Of a stretch of 34,422 nt of DNA, positions 24,779 through 32,721 are shown piece after piece (the first letter of the stretch is position 1; every line of letters begins with the position of its first letter). Under the pieces are notes generated by a model. That model was not told the DNA's origin. It saw nothing but the letters and a program-made list of their open reading frames with translations, and ran no database searches. The position numbers were made by a program, and so were the translations under genes. Source of the stretch: Alphaproteobacteria bacterium (GTDB lineage Bacteria > Pseudomonadota > Alphaproteobacteria > UBA2966 > CAIVPW01); the NCBI GenBank assembly GCA_047517625.1, contig JAKZSO010000074.1, positions 1 to 34,422 on the forward strand, read 5' to 3'.

Positions 24779-27523
24779 ATGCCACAAGCCAACGCGCTGG
24801 TCGTCGGGGCCACCGGCGCGGTCTTTCTGTCGCCCGACGGGGAGATCGAAGAACTTGTCAAAGCCCAGGCCGCACGGCGGGCACAAAAAACCCCGCCCCT
24901 GATTTGCCATGCCCCAGCGGTCGCTGCCCAGCTTGGCACGGGAAAATTTCCGGCAATGGATTTGCTGGAACTTTTCGCGTTCGTTCGGCCCGCTGATTTC
25001 TGCTTACCAACACCCGCGGGGTTAGCGGCGGCCCTAATGCTTCCCGCACCCCATGACCCGGCGTCGGCGGCGGCAACGTTGCTCTTGGCCGCGGAAACGC
25101 TCTTGACCCAGCTGCGTGTCGATCCCGACCCCGGCCAGGCCCCGGCGATCGCCCAAATGATGACGGCAGCGGGTTGGATCTGGGGCCCGCAGGTTCTCGG
25201 GGCCCTGCGCACCGCGCCAAAGACCGCGGCACTGCCGCCAAGGATTTGGCAGGCGTTGCCGGAATGGCGCGAAGAAGCACCGCCGCCGCCGCCCGGTGAT
25301 GACCCCGTGCCGCCTGACCAGGCGCTGCAGCGGCTGGTCCAATTGCTTGGCGCCGGGGCCGAGACCAGGCCACAGCAGCGCGAGTTCACGGCTGCCTCAA
25401 CGGCGGCGTTCGCACCCCGGGACGAGGCTGGCGAGCCCCACGTGGTCCTGGCCGAAGCCGGCACCGGCGTTGGCAAAACCCTGGGTTATGTGGCCGCCGC
25501 CAGCTTGTGGGCGGAACGCAATCGGGGGCCGGTCTGGATTTCAACCTACACTCGGAATCTGCAGCGTCAGATCGACCAGGAATTAGATAAGCTGTATCCC
25601 GACCCGGCCAAGAAACGCCGCCTTTCGGTGGTGCGCAAGGGCCGCGAAAATTACCTGTGCCTGTTGAACCTGGCGGAAAGCGCCAACCGCGCCCACCTGG
25701 GCGGTGGCGGCATCGCCTTGGGCCTGATGATGCGGTGGGTATTGGCGACCAGGGATGGCGACACCGGCGGCGATTTTCCGGCGTGGCTGCCGAGCTTGGT
25801 GGGATACGAGCCCACCCTTGGCCTGACCGACCGCCGCGGCGAATGTATCTATTCGGCCTGCGATCATTACCAACGATGCTTTATCGAACGCACCCAGCGC
25901 CGGGCGCGCAAGGCCCAGTTGGTGATCGCAAATCACGCCCTGGTCATGGCCAACGCGGTGCGGACATCCGCCGCCCTCGACCGGCCAAGCCGCATCGTTT
26001 TTGACGAAGGCCACCACCTGTTTGATGCCGCCGACTCGGCGTTTTCCGCCCACCTTTCCGGGGTTGAAACCGCCGAGCTGCGGCGCTGGATTCGGGGCGC
26101 CGAGGGCGGACGTGGACGCCGCGCCCGGGGCCTTGAGAACCGAATCAGCGATTTAGCCGGCGATGGCACCGTCGCAGCCGACGCCTTGCGCCTTGCCGTG
26201 CGCTCCGCGGGGCGATTGCCGTCCCAAGGCTGGATGACCCGGGTGCGATCCTTGGCCGACGCCAAAGGCCCGGCCGAGGCATTTCTGGCCGGGGTCCATC
26301 ACCAGGTCCATGGCCGCCAAAATGGCTATCCCGGCGCCTATTCTCTGGAGGCCGCGACCACGAACCCCGACCTTCAATTGGTCGAATCCGCGAACCAGCT
26401 GTCGGCCTCGTTGAAGGCGTTGGCGAAGCCCATGGAGGCCCTTAATCAAGCCCTGGCGGCACGGCTAGATGACGATGCGGCAACGCTGGAAACCGCCACC
26501 CGACAGCGGATCGAGGCGGCGTGCAGGGGTTTGGAATGGCGCCGGGATATGGTCACCGCTTGGGCGTCCATGCTGACCGACCTGGAAGGTGGGGCCCCGG
26601 AGGGCTTTGTCGACTGGTTTTCCATCGAACGATATGACGGCCAGGATGTGGACGTGGGTATGTGCCGCCATTGGATCGATCCCACCCAACCGTTCGCCGG
26701 CGCTGTTCTGAAGCAGGCCCACGGCGTTCTGATCACCTCCGCCAGCCTGCGCGACAGCCAAACGCCAAGCCCGGTGGGTTTGGACGACGACGATATTTCG
26801 GCGGAAGTTGCGGGGGCGGAGGAAACGAATTGGCTGGCGGCCGAAGTCCGCACCGGGGCGCACCATTTGGCCTTGCCGCCACGCCGGGTGGGCCTGGAAT
26901 CGCCGTTCGATTATGCCGCCCTAACCAGGATTCTTATCGTTCGCGATGTGCGCCGGGACAATCCGGCCCAGGTCGCCGCGGCGTATCGGGATTTATTCGT
27001 CGCCGCCGGTGGTGGCGGACTGGGGCTGTTCACCGCCATCGGCCGTTTGCGCGGCGTCCACGAACACATCGCCCCGGCAATGGCCAAGGCCGGGATAAGC
27101 TTGCTGGCCCAGCATGTGGACGCCATGGACACTGGCACGTTGGTGGATATTTTCAGGGTGGAGACCAACGCCTGCCTGCTGGGCACCGACGCCGTGCGCG
27201 ACGGAGTCGATGTCCCCGGCCGCAGCCTGCGGCTCATCATTTTCGACCGGGTGCCGTGGCCCCGGCCGGACATTTTGCACCGGGCGCGCAAAGCTGCGTT
27301 TGGCGGCAACGCCTATGACGACCGCATCGCCCGGCTGCGTTTGAAACAGGCTTTTGGCCGATTGGTGCGCCAAGCAGGTGACCGCGGCGTTTTTGTCATG
27401 CTGGATTCCCGCACCCCCACCCGGCTGACGACCGCCTTTCCGGACGATGTTGAAATTCAACGCATCGGGATCAAAGACGCGATTGCACAAACCGCCGATT
27501 TCCTGAGCATTGGCCAACCATGA
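24779..27523 (+). CDS. dinG: DinG/XPD-family ATP-dependent DNA helicase with Fe-S cluster cysteines and an N-terminal extension of about 165-220 aa
   Basis: Walker A AEAGTGVGKT (about aa 226-234), DEGH box (VFDEGHHL), four Cys (YLC..., GECIYSACDHYQRCF) in the Fe-S position, and the C-terminal helicase C2 motifs (LLGTDAVRDGVDVPG, QAFGRLVR). ATG 24779 is preferred over the ORF-track start at 24725. Confidence 0.8.
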   Translation: MPQANALVVGATGAVFLSPDGEIEELVKAQAARRAQKTPPLICHAPAVAAQLGTGKFPAMDLLELFAFVRPADFCLPTPAGLAAALMLPAPHDPASAAATLLLAAETLLTQLRVDPDPGQAPAIAQMMTAAGWIWGPQVLGALRTAPKTAALPPRIWQALPEWREEAPPPPPGDDPVPPDQALQRLVQLLGAGAETRPQQREFTAASTAAFAPRDEAGEPHVVLAEAGTGVGKTLGYVAAASLWAERNRGPVWISTYTRNLQRQIDQELDKLYPDPAKKRRLSVVRKGRENYLCLLNLAESANRAHLGGGGIALGLMMRWVLATRDGDTGGDFPAWLPSLVGYEPTLGLTDRRGECIYSACDHYQRCFIERTQRRARKAQLVIANHALVMANAVRTSAALDRPSRIVFDEGHHLFDAADSAFSAHLSGVETAELRRWIRGAEGGRGRRARGLENRISDLAGDGTVAADALRLAVRSAGRLPSQGWMTRVRSLADAKGPAEAFLAGVHHQVHGRQNGYPGAYSLEAATTNPDLQLVESANQLSASLKALAKPMEALNQALAARLDDDAATLETATRQRIEAACRGLEWRRDMVTAWASMLTDLEGGAPEGFVDWFSIERYDGQDVDVGMCRHWIDPTQPFAGAVLKQAHGVLITSASLRDSQTPSPVGLDDDDISAEVAGAEETNWLAAEVRTGAHHLALPPRRVGLESPFDYAALTRILIVRDVRRDNPAQVAAAYRDLFVAAGGGGLGLFTAIGRLRGVHEHIAPAMAKAGISLLAQHVDAMDTGTLVDIFRVETNACLLGTDAVRDGVDVPGRSLRLIIFDRVPWPRPDILHRARKAAFGGNAYDDRIARLRLKQAFGRLVRQAGDRGVFVMLDSRTPTRLTTAFPDDVEIQRIGIKDAIAQTADFLSIGQP

Positions 27524-27611
27524 GGTTATCTGGCAATGATGGGGCTTGCCGTTCTCCGGCTGCCGCTCTTATGGTGCGGCACTCTTTGAACACGACGATC
27601 GGGCGAGTTGA

Positions 27612-28013
27612 ATGGAACATACGGCGCTGATTTATACGATGGTCTTGATGTCCGCCGCGGACAACGACATGACGGATTCGGAACTCTTCACCATCGGCGA
27701 GATCGTCCGAACCTTGCCCGCATTCGAGGGCTTCGATCCCGATCAGCTGCCCAAATCGGCCGAGGATTGCGCCGACATTCTCGGCCAAGAGGGCGGTCTG
27801 GACACGGTCATAAGCTTGGTCAAGGATTCCCTGCCGGAGCGCCTGCGCGAAACCGCCTACGCCCTGGCCTGTGACATCGCCGCGGCGGACGGGTCGGTGG
27901 GCCAAGAAGAGGCCCGGCTGCTGGAAATGTTGCGCCATGGGTTGGACATTGAACGCTTAATCGCTGCGTCGATCGAACGGGGAGCAAAGGCGCGATACCA
28001 GACGATCGAATAG
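27612..28013 (+). CDS. TerB-like (tellurite resistance TerB family) small protein
   Basis: Two-repeat helical pattern, ...MVLMSAADNDMTDSELFTIGEIV... and ...ALACDIAAADGSVGQEEARLLEML..., characteristic of TerB/DjlA-N domains. Confidence 0.6.
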   Translation: MEHTALIYTMVLMSAADNDMTDSELFTIGEIVRTLPAFEGFDPDQLPKSAEDCADILGQEGGLDTVISLVKDSLPERLRETAYALACDIAAADGSVGQEEARLLEMLRHGLDIERLIAASIERGAKARYQTIE

Positions 28014-28019
28014 CGCCAG

Positions 28020-28658
28020 CTATTGGGCCAATTTTTTCACCCAATGTGAAACCAAGCCAACCCCTTCGCGCCAGTTCTGCTCCTCGGTGCGGCCCGACGC
28101 TTTGCGCGGTTTGAAGCTGTGATCCCCGTCCTCCATCCACCGCATTTCAATGGTGTTCGACAGGGCATAGCCCTTCACATCATCCTTTGACCCCAAAGAA
28201 TCCCGGGTCCCCTGAACCACCAACATCGGCGTCGCCATGTCGGTCAAATGATTGACCCGGGTTTTTTCTGGACGCCCGGGTGGATGAAACGGATAGCCCA
28301 AACAAACCAGCCCCGCCACGTTCTCATCCGAGCCAACCATCGTGGCAATGCGCCCGCCCATGGATTTGCCGCCAATGAAGATGGATTCGCGCCGGATCCC
28401 GTCGGCTTCAAGCTTTGCAATCACCGCCCGCCATGACTCCATCAAAACGGCAGCGCGGTCCGGTGGCCGCTTCGTGCCCTCGGCTCGGCGGCGGCGCATG
28501 TAGGGAAATTCGAAGCTGGCGGTTGGCACACCGGATGCGGCCAATTCGTTAGCGAAAAATTCCATGAATGGGCTGTCCATCGCCGCCCCGGCGCCGTGGG
28601 CAAGCACCACCACCGGACCCGCACCCGGCTTTCCTGCCCACAAGATTTTTTCTGTCAC
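28020..28658 (-). CDS. alpha/beta-fold hydrolase (KANL3/Tex30-like, COG3571-type)
   Basis: The AHGAGA oxyanion region, the nucleophile elbow GGKSMGGR and C-terminal Asp/His candidates (GTRDS, DGDHSF) are present. Length 212 aa. Confidence 0.7.
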   Translation of the reverse strand: MTEKILWAGKPGAGPVVVLAHGAGAAMDSPFMEFFANELAASGVPTASFEFPYMRRRRAEGTKRPPDRAAVLMESWRAVIAKLEADGIRRESIFIGGKSMGGRIATMVGSDENVAGLVCLGYPFHPPGRPEKTRVNHLTDMATPMLVVQGTRDSLGSKDDVKGYALSNTIEMRWMEDGDHSFKPRKASGRTEEQNWREGVGLVSHWVKKLAQ

Positions 28659-28709
28659 CGACCCTCCGCCGCCAGCGCAAACGCAGGTCTAGATTGATTC
28701 GGCGTCCAT

Positions 28710-29717
28710 TTATGGACCCGCTCCTGGCGCCGGGGCTGGTTCCCCCGCCGGGGGCGGTTCCTCTGCCGGGGGCGGTTCCCCTGCTGGGGCTGGTTCAGCC
28801 GGAATCTCTTCCAGCGCCACCACTGGAGTGCCATCGAAATTGAAGCGCACAATGTCGACCCCTTCGGAAAGGCCCTCGTAGAAATTATCGATCGCCTGGC
28901 GCGAAAGCTGATCCTCCATGTACCCCAGGACTTCTTGGAACAGCGGCGCCGCGCCGGGGCGGCGATCCGTTACCAAAATGACATGCCAGCCGAATTCCGT
29001 CTGAACTGGCTCCGGTGTCATTTGCCCGATGCCAAGGGCGAAAGCAGCCACTTCGAAATCCGGTATCAGCTCGCCGGACTGGCGGTAATCAAGATCGCCA
29101 CCGTCGACGTTGGACGGCCCCAGGGAGCGCTCCCGCGCCATCTGAGCAAAATCCGCGCCTTCTTGGATCAGGCCGATAATGTCGAAGCCTTCTTCCTGGG
29201 TTTCCACCAAGATGTGGCTGATGCGAACCTCTTCGATCGCCGCAGCCTCTTCGACAATTTTGGCGTACTCCACCGCCAACCCGTCTTCGGTAATTGCGGC
29301 ATCCACTGCTTCGCGCAGCAAGGCGTCTTCGACCAGCTGGTCCACAAAAATCCGGGTCTTTTCCATTATATCAGGATTCTCGAACATGCCCTCAGCCCGG
29401 CCCCTTCTGGCGGCCAGAAAACGATCGATCGCCCCTGTAAGCAGTTGATCGTACAAGGCAGCGATCGGGATTTGCCGCAGTTCAGGATTGAGGGTCTGGA
29501 AAAACAGCACGATTTCCGACGCCCGAATTTCCTCGCCATCGACCAGCGCGACAATCGGATCCGCGGCGGGGTCCAAAGCCTCGGCAGCCTCAGCAGCAGG
29601 ATCAGGGGCCTCCGCCGGGGCGGGTTCAGCAGGAACCGCGGGCGCCGCAGCCTGGGCCAAAGCGCCAGTGGCGCCACCCATGACAAAAGCCGTGGCCAAG
29701 AGCGTGGTACGAAGCAT
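28710..29717 (-). CDS. periplasmic parvulin-type peptidyl-prolyl isomerase (SurA/PpiC-like) with a Pro/Ala/Glu-rich C-terminal tail
   Basis: Signal peptide MLRTTLLATAFVMGGATGALAQA. The rotamase core has EVRISHILV and FGWHVILV. The tail is PAEPAPAGEPPPAEEPPPAGEPAPAPGAGP. Confidence 0.8.
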   Translation of the reverse strand: MLRTTLLATAFVMGGATGALAQAAAPAVPAEPAPAEAPDPAAEAAEALDPAADPIVALVDGEEIRASEIVLFFQTLNPELRQIPIAALYDQLLTGAIDRFLAARRGRAEGMFENPDIMEKTRIFVDQLVEDALLREAVDAAITEDGLAVEYAKIVEEAAAIEEVRISHILVETQEEGFDIIGLIQEGADFAQMARERSLGPSNVDGGDLDYRQSGELIPDFEVAAFALGIGQMTPEPVQTEFGWHVILVTDRRPGAAPLFQEVLGYMEDQLSRQAIDNFYEGLSEGVDIVRFNFDGTPVVALEEIPAEPAPAGEPPPAEEPPPAGEPAPAPGAGP

Positions 29718-30025
29718 AACGAAGTCCCTGAGTTTCCAGATCGGGGGTCAAACCCGCGCGCACCCTAACTGTCGCACCTTTTGTCCGCAAGTGACGGTGC
29801 CGTGCGGCTCAACGGACGTCCTCAATTCCCTTAAAATTTCGAATACGAAAACTAACGAAATCCATATGGCCCTCGCGAAAGTGGAACACATTCTACGATG
29901 CTAGGTTGTGGGATGATTTAGCGCTCAAGTGGATTGCTTCACCACGCCTCCTGGCGACACGTACCGACCAATCACTAATGAACTGGATAGCGCCCTGAAC
30001 TGAAGGGATTTTAGAGCCTTTCAAT

Positions 30026-30099
30026 TGGAGCGGGCGAAGGGAATCGAACCCTCGTAGTAAGCTTGGGAAGCTTCTGCTCTGCCATTGAGCTACGCCCGC
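30026..30099 (-). tRNA. tRNA-Gly (anticodon CCC), CCA encoded
   Basis: The reverse complement is GCGGGCGTAGCTCAATGGCAGAGCAGAAGCTTCCCAAGCTTACTACGAGGGTTCGATTCCCTTCGCCCGCTCCA. It folds as a cloverleaf with a 7-bp acceptor stem, GCTC/GAGC D stem, anticodon loop TTCCCAA and GAGGG/CCCTT T stem with a TTCGATT loop. Confidence 0.95.
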
Positions 30100-30148
30100 C
30101 CCGACACTTGATCCTACCCTCTTTCATGGGCGCGCGAAAACCGCCCGC

Positions 30149-30177
30149 TTGACCCACCCCGATCCAGGGTCTATCAC
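30149..30177 (+). promoter_or_regulatory. sigma70-type promoter candidate for the metZ leader
   Basis: TTGACC (30149-30154), a 17-nt spacer, then TATCAC (30172-30177). Confidence 0.45.
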
Positions 30178-30184
30178 ACAAACA

Positions 30185-30240
30185 ACGTGGTAATTTTGGC
30201 CGGCCGGCTTGCAGCCACGTAAAATAAATTGCTAAGGGGT
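30185..30240 (+). ncRNA. candidate SAM-II (alphaproteobacterial metA-type) SAM riboswitch aptamer
   Basis: P1 is ACGTGG (30185-30190) / CCACGT (30215-30220). A U-rich 5' loop strand TAATTTTGG and an internal GGCTTGCAGCC follow. The A-rich 3' tail AAAATAAATTGCTAAGG can pair back to the loop (UUGC with GCAG). It lies upstream of a methionine biosynthesis gene, as is usual for SAM-II. Confidence 0.5.
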
Positions 30241-30257
30241 CGGGCAGTTCTTAAAAG

Positions 30258-30284
30258 CCCCCGGCATTCGGTCGGGGTTTTTTT
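30258..30284 (+). terminator. intrinsic terminator/attenuator 12 nt upstream of the metZ start codon
   Basis: Stem CCCCGGC (30259-30265) / GTCGGGG (30271-30277) with a 5-nt loop, followed by T7 (30278-30284). The upstream GGGG (30236-30239) could compete for the CCCC arm as an antiterminator. Confidence 0.6.
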
Positions 30285-30295
30285 ATGGGTGCACC

Positions 30296-31501
30296 ATGAC
30301 AAAGGATTCAAAATCGACAACAGGCGCAGCCGATTGGCGGCCGCAAACTAAGGCCATCCACGGCGGCACGCGCCGGTCTGAGTTTGGCGAAATCTCCGAA
30401 GCAATGTTCCTGACCTCCGGTTACGCGTACACCGGCCCGGAACAGGCCGAGGCCCGCTTCAAGGGCACTGAGCCGGGCTACATCTATTCCCGGTACGGTA
30501 ATCCCACGGTCGCTATGTACGAAGATCGCATGGCGGCCCTGGAGGGCGCCGAAGCGGCCTGGGCCACAGCGTCGGGAATGGCGGCGGTCACCGCTTCGCT
30601 GCTGTGTCAGCTAAAAAGCGGCGATCGGGTGGTGGCGGCACGGGCGCTGTTCGGGTCCAGCCTTCACATTCTGAACGAAATTTTGCCGAGATTCGGCATC
30701 GTCGTGACGCTGGTGGATGGAACCGATCTGGACCAATGGCGCGATGCCTTGGCCCCCGGCGCGACCTGTGTCTTGATGGAGTCTCCGTCCAACCCGATGC
30801 TTGAGGTTCTGGACATTGCCGCGATCGGTAACCTTGCCCACGACGCCGGGGCCAAGCTGATCATCGACAATGTCTTCGCCACGCCCGTGTTCCAGCGGCC
30901 CATCGAATTCGGCGCCGATATTGTCGTGTATTCGGCCACCAAGTACATCGACGGCCAAGGCCGGGTGCTGGGTGGCGCCATCTTGGGGACCCAGGAGTTC
31001 TGCGACGACGTTGTGCAGCCATACATTCGCAACACCGGACCCAGTTTAAGCCCCTTCAACGCCTGGGTGTTGTTGAAAGGCCTCGAGACTATGGAAATTC
31101 GGGTCCGGGCCCAGGCCCAGGCGGCGGCGAAAGTTGCCGAGTTTCTGGCCACCGCGCCAGGGGTCGAGCGGGTGATTTACCCGGGCCGGTCGGACCATCC
31201 CCAGCATGCCTTGGCCGCCAGCCAAATGACCGGGTTCGGCGCCGTGGTGAGTTTTGACGTTATTGGCGGCAAGCGGGCGGCCTTTGAGGCCCTAAACCGG
31301 CTGCGGCTAATTTCGGTGTCAAATAACTTGGGTGACACCAAGAGTCTGATCACCCACCCGGAGACCACGACCCATTCCAGGTTAACCCCGGCCGAGCGGG
31401 CAGCCCTGGGGATCGGCAGCGGTCTGGTGCGGCTGTCGGTGGGGTTGGAGGATGTGGACGACCTGACGGAGGATTTGGCTGCGGCGTTGACCCCGTCATG
31501 A
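30296..31501 (+). CDS. metZ: O-succinylhomoserine sulfhydrylase (Cys/Met-metabolism PLP enzyme)
   Basis: TKAIHGG, YSRYGNPT and the PLP-lysine region YSATKYIDGQG are present. The C-terminal LGDTKSLITHPETTTH matches the MetZ subfamily. Length 401 aa. Confidence 0.85.
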   Translation: MTKDSKSTTGAADWRPQTKAIHGGTRRSEFGEISEAMFLTSGYAYTGPEQAEARFKGTEPGYIYSRYGNPTVAMYEDRMAALEGAEAAWATASGMAAVTASLLCQLKSGDRVVAARALFGSSLHILNEILPRFGIVVTLVDGTDLDQWRDALAPGATCVLMESPSNPMLEVLDIAAIGNLAHDAGAKLIIDNVFATPVFQRPIEFGADIVVYSATKYIDGQGRVLGGAILGTQEFCDDVVQPYIRNTGPSLSPFNAWVLLKGLETMEIRVRAQAQAAAKVAEFLATAPGVERVIYPGRSDHPQHALAASQMTGFGAVVSFDVIGGKRAAFEALNRLRLISVSNNLGDTKSLITHPETTTHSRLTPAERAALGIGSGLVRLSVGLEDVDDLTEDLAAALTPS

Positions 31502-31589
31502 CGCAGGTTTGACACCTAGTATGTCCCGGTTTGCTAGACATTGCGCCGCGCCGGGGCGATAGTACACCCAGAACCATGGGCGGAAATTT

Positions 31590-31982
31590 ATGTACAACGC
31601 GACGACACGATCGATCGAAATCACCGTAAAGCCGATGTATTTGGAGGATCAATCCGAGCCTTCTAATGACCACTATGTGTGGGCGTATTGGGTGAAGATC
31701 GAAAACCACGGCGGCGAAACGGTTCAGCTGTGTACGCGCCACTGGCGGATCACCGATGCTTCGGGTCGGCTGCATGAAGTGCACGGGGACGGCGTTGTCG
31801 GCGAGCAACCGATTTTGCACCCGGGCGAATCATTCGAGTACACCAGCGGCTCGCCGCTTTCGACACCGTCGGGGATCATGAACGGATCCTATGAGATGGA
31901 AACCGAGGAAGGGGTGCGGTTCGACGTGGAAATTCCCGCATTTTCACTCGATAGCCCATACCAGAAACGTCTTATTCACTAA
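31590..31982 (+). CDS. apaG: ApaG (DUF525) protein
   Basis: [33 protein letters not shown]...[23 protein letters not shown]...SYTSG-like core is canonical ApaG. Length 130 aa. Confidence 0.9.
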   Translation: MYNATTRSIEITVKPMYLEDQSEPSNDHYVWAYWVKIENHGGETVQLCTRHWRITDASGRLHEVHGDGVVGEQPILHPGESFEYTSGSPLSTPSGIMNGSYEMETEEGVRFDVEIPAFSLDSPYQKRLIH

Positions 31983-32023
31983 CTTTCCGGGGCAGACGCC
32001 CACACTGTTTTGGAGATACGCCG

Positions 32024-32662
32024 ATGAAAGCCAATGCTCCGGCCGCGTCCTTTGTTGTTGGTGAAGCTGGCGAAGACGCGCCCAGCCGCGCAGACGCCGA
32101 AGAAGCCATCCGCACCTTGATCCGCTGGATCGGCGACGACCCGAGCCGGGAGGGATTGCTGGATACTCCAGCGCGGGTCGCCCGGTCCTACGAGGAAATG
32201 TTTGCCGGGTATTCAGAAGATCCGGTCGAATACCTGCGCGGCACTTTTGAAGAAATCGAAGGTTACGACGAAATGGTGGTGCTGCGGGACATCCGCTTCG
32301 AATCCCATTGCGAACACCACATGATGCCGATTATCGGACACGCCCATATGGCGTATTTACCCGACAAACGGCTGGTGGGAATCAGCAAGCTTGCAAGATT
32401 AGTAGAGGTCTACGCAAAGCGCATGCAGATCCAGGAAAAAATGACTGCGCAAATTGCAAATGCCTTGCAAGAAGTTCTGAAACCCCGGGGTGTCGCCGTG
32501 GTCATCGAAGCCGCCCACCAATGCATGACCACCCGCGGTGTCCACAAGCCGGGAGTCAGCATGGTTACAAGCCAGATGTTGGGGGCGTTCCGGGACGACG
32601 CCAAGACCCGGCGCGAATTTTTGGCGATTATTCACGCGCCCCAGTCGCCCCTGGAATCGTGA
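32024..32662 (+). CDS. folE: GTP cyclohydrolase I (FolE type 1)
   Basis: [12 protein letters not shown], the [12 protein letters not shown] zinc-ligand motif and [15 protein letters not shown] are present. A GGAG SD lies upstream. Confidence 0.95.
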   Translation: MKANAPAASFVVGEAGEDAPSRADAEEAIRTLIRWIGDDPSREGLLDTPARVARSYEEMFAGYSEDPVEYLRGTFEEIEGYDEMVVLRDIRFESHCEHHMMPIIGHAHMAYLPDKRLVGISKLARLVEVYAKRMQIQEKMTAQIANALQEVLKPRGVAVVIEAAHQCMTTRGVHKPGVSMVTSQMLGAFRDDAKTRREFLAIIHAPQSPLES

Positions 32663-32721
32663 CCCACCAACGCGTGAGCCGGAAATTCGGGCAGGCCAGC
32701 CTTTTCGCTTGAACCCAAGCA

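Noticed and set aside
29748-29891. A 47-aa minus-strand ORF (MCSTFARAIWISLVFVFEILRELRTSVEPHGTVTCGQKVRQLGCARV) with a hydrophobic segment in the AT-richer spacer, type I toxin-like at a glance.
   Set aside because: It has no SD, no obvious promoter or antisense RNA partner, and an atypical composition. The evidence is too weak to call from sequence alone.
29760-30025. A possible genomic island or prophage remnant at the tRNA-Gly 3' end.
   Set aside because: There is no integrase or other mobile gene, no direct repeat of the tRNA 3' end, and the segment is only about 270 bp. I kept it only as a low-interest note.
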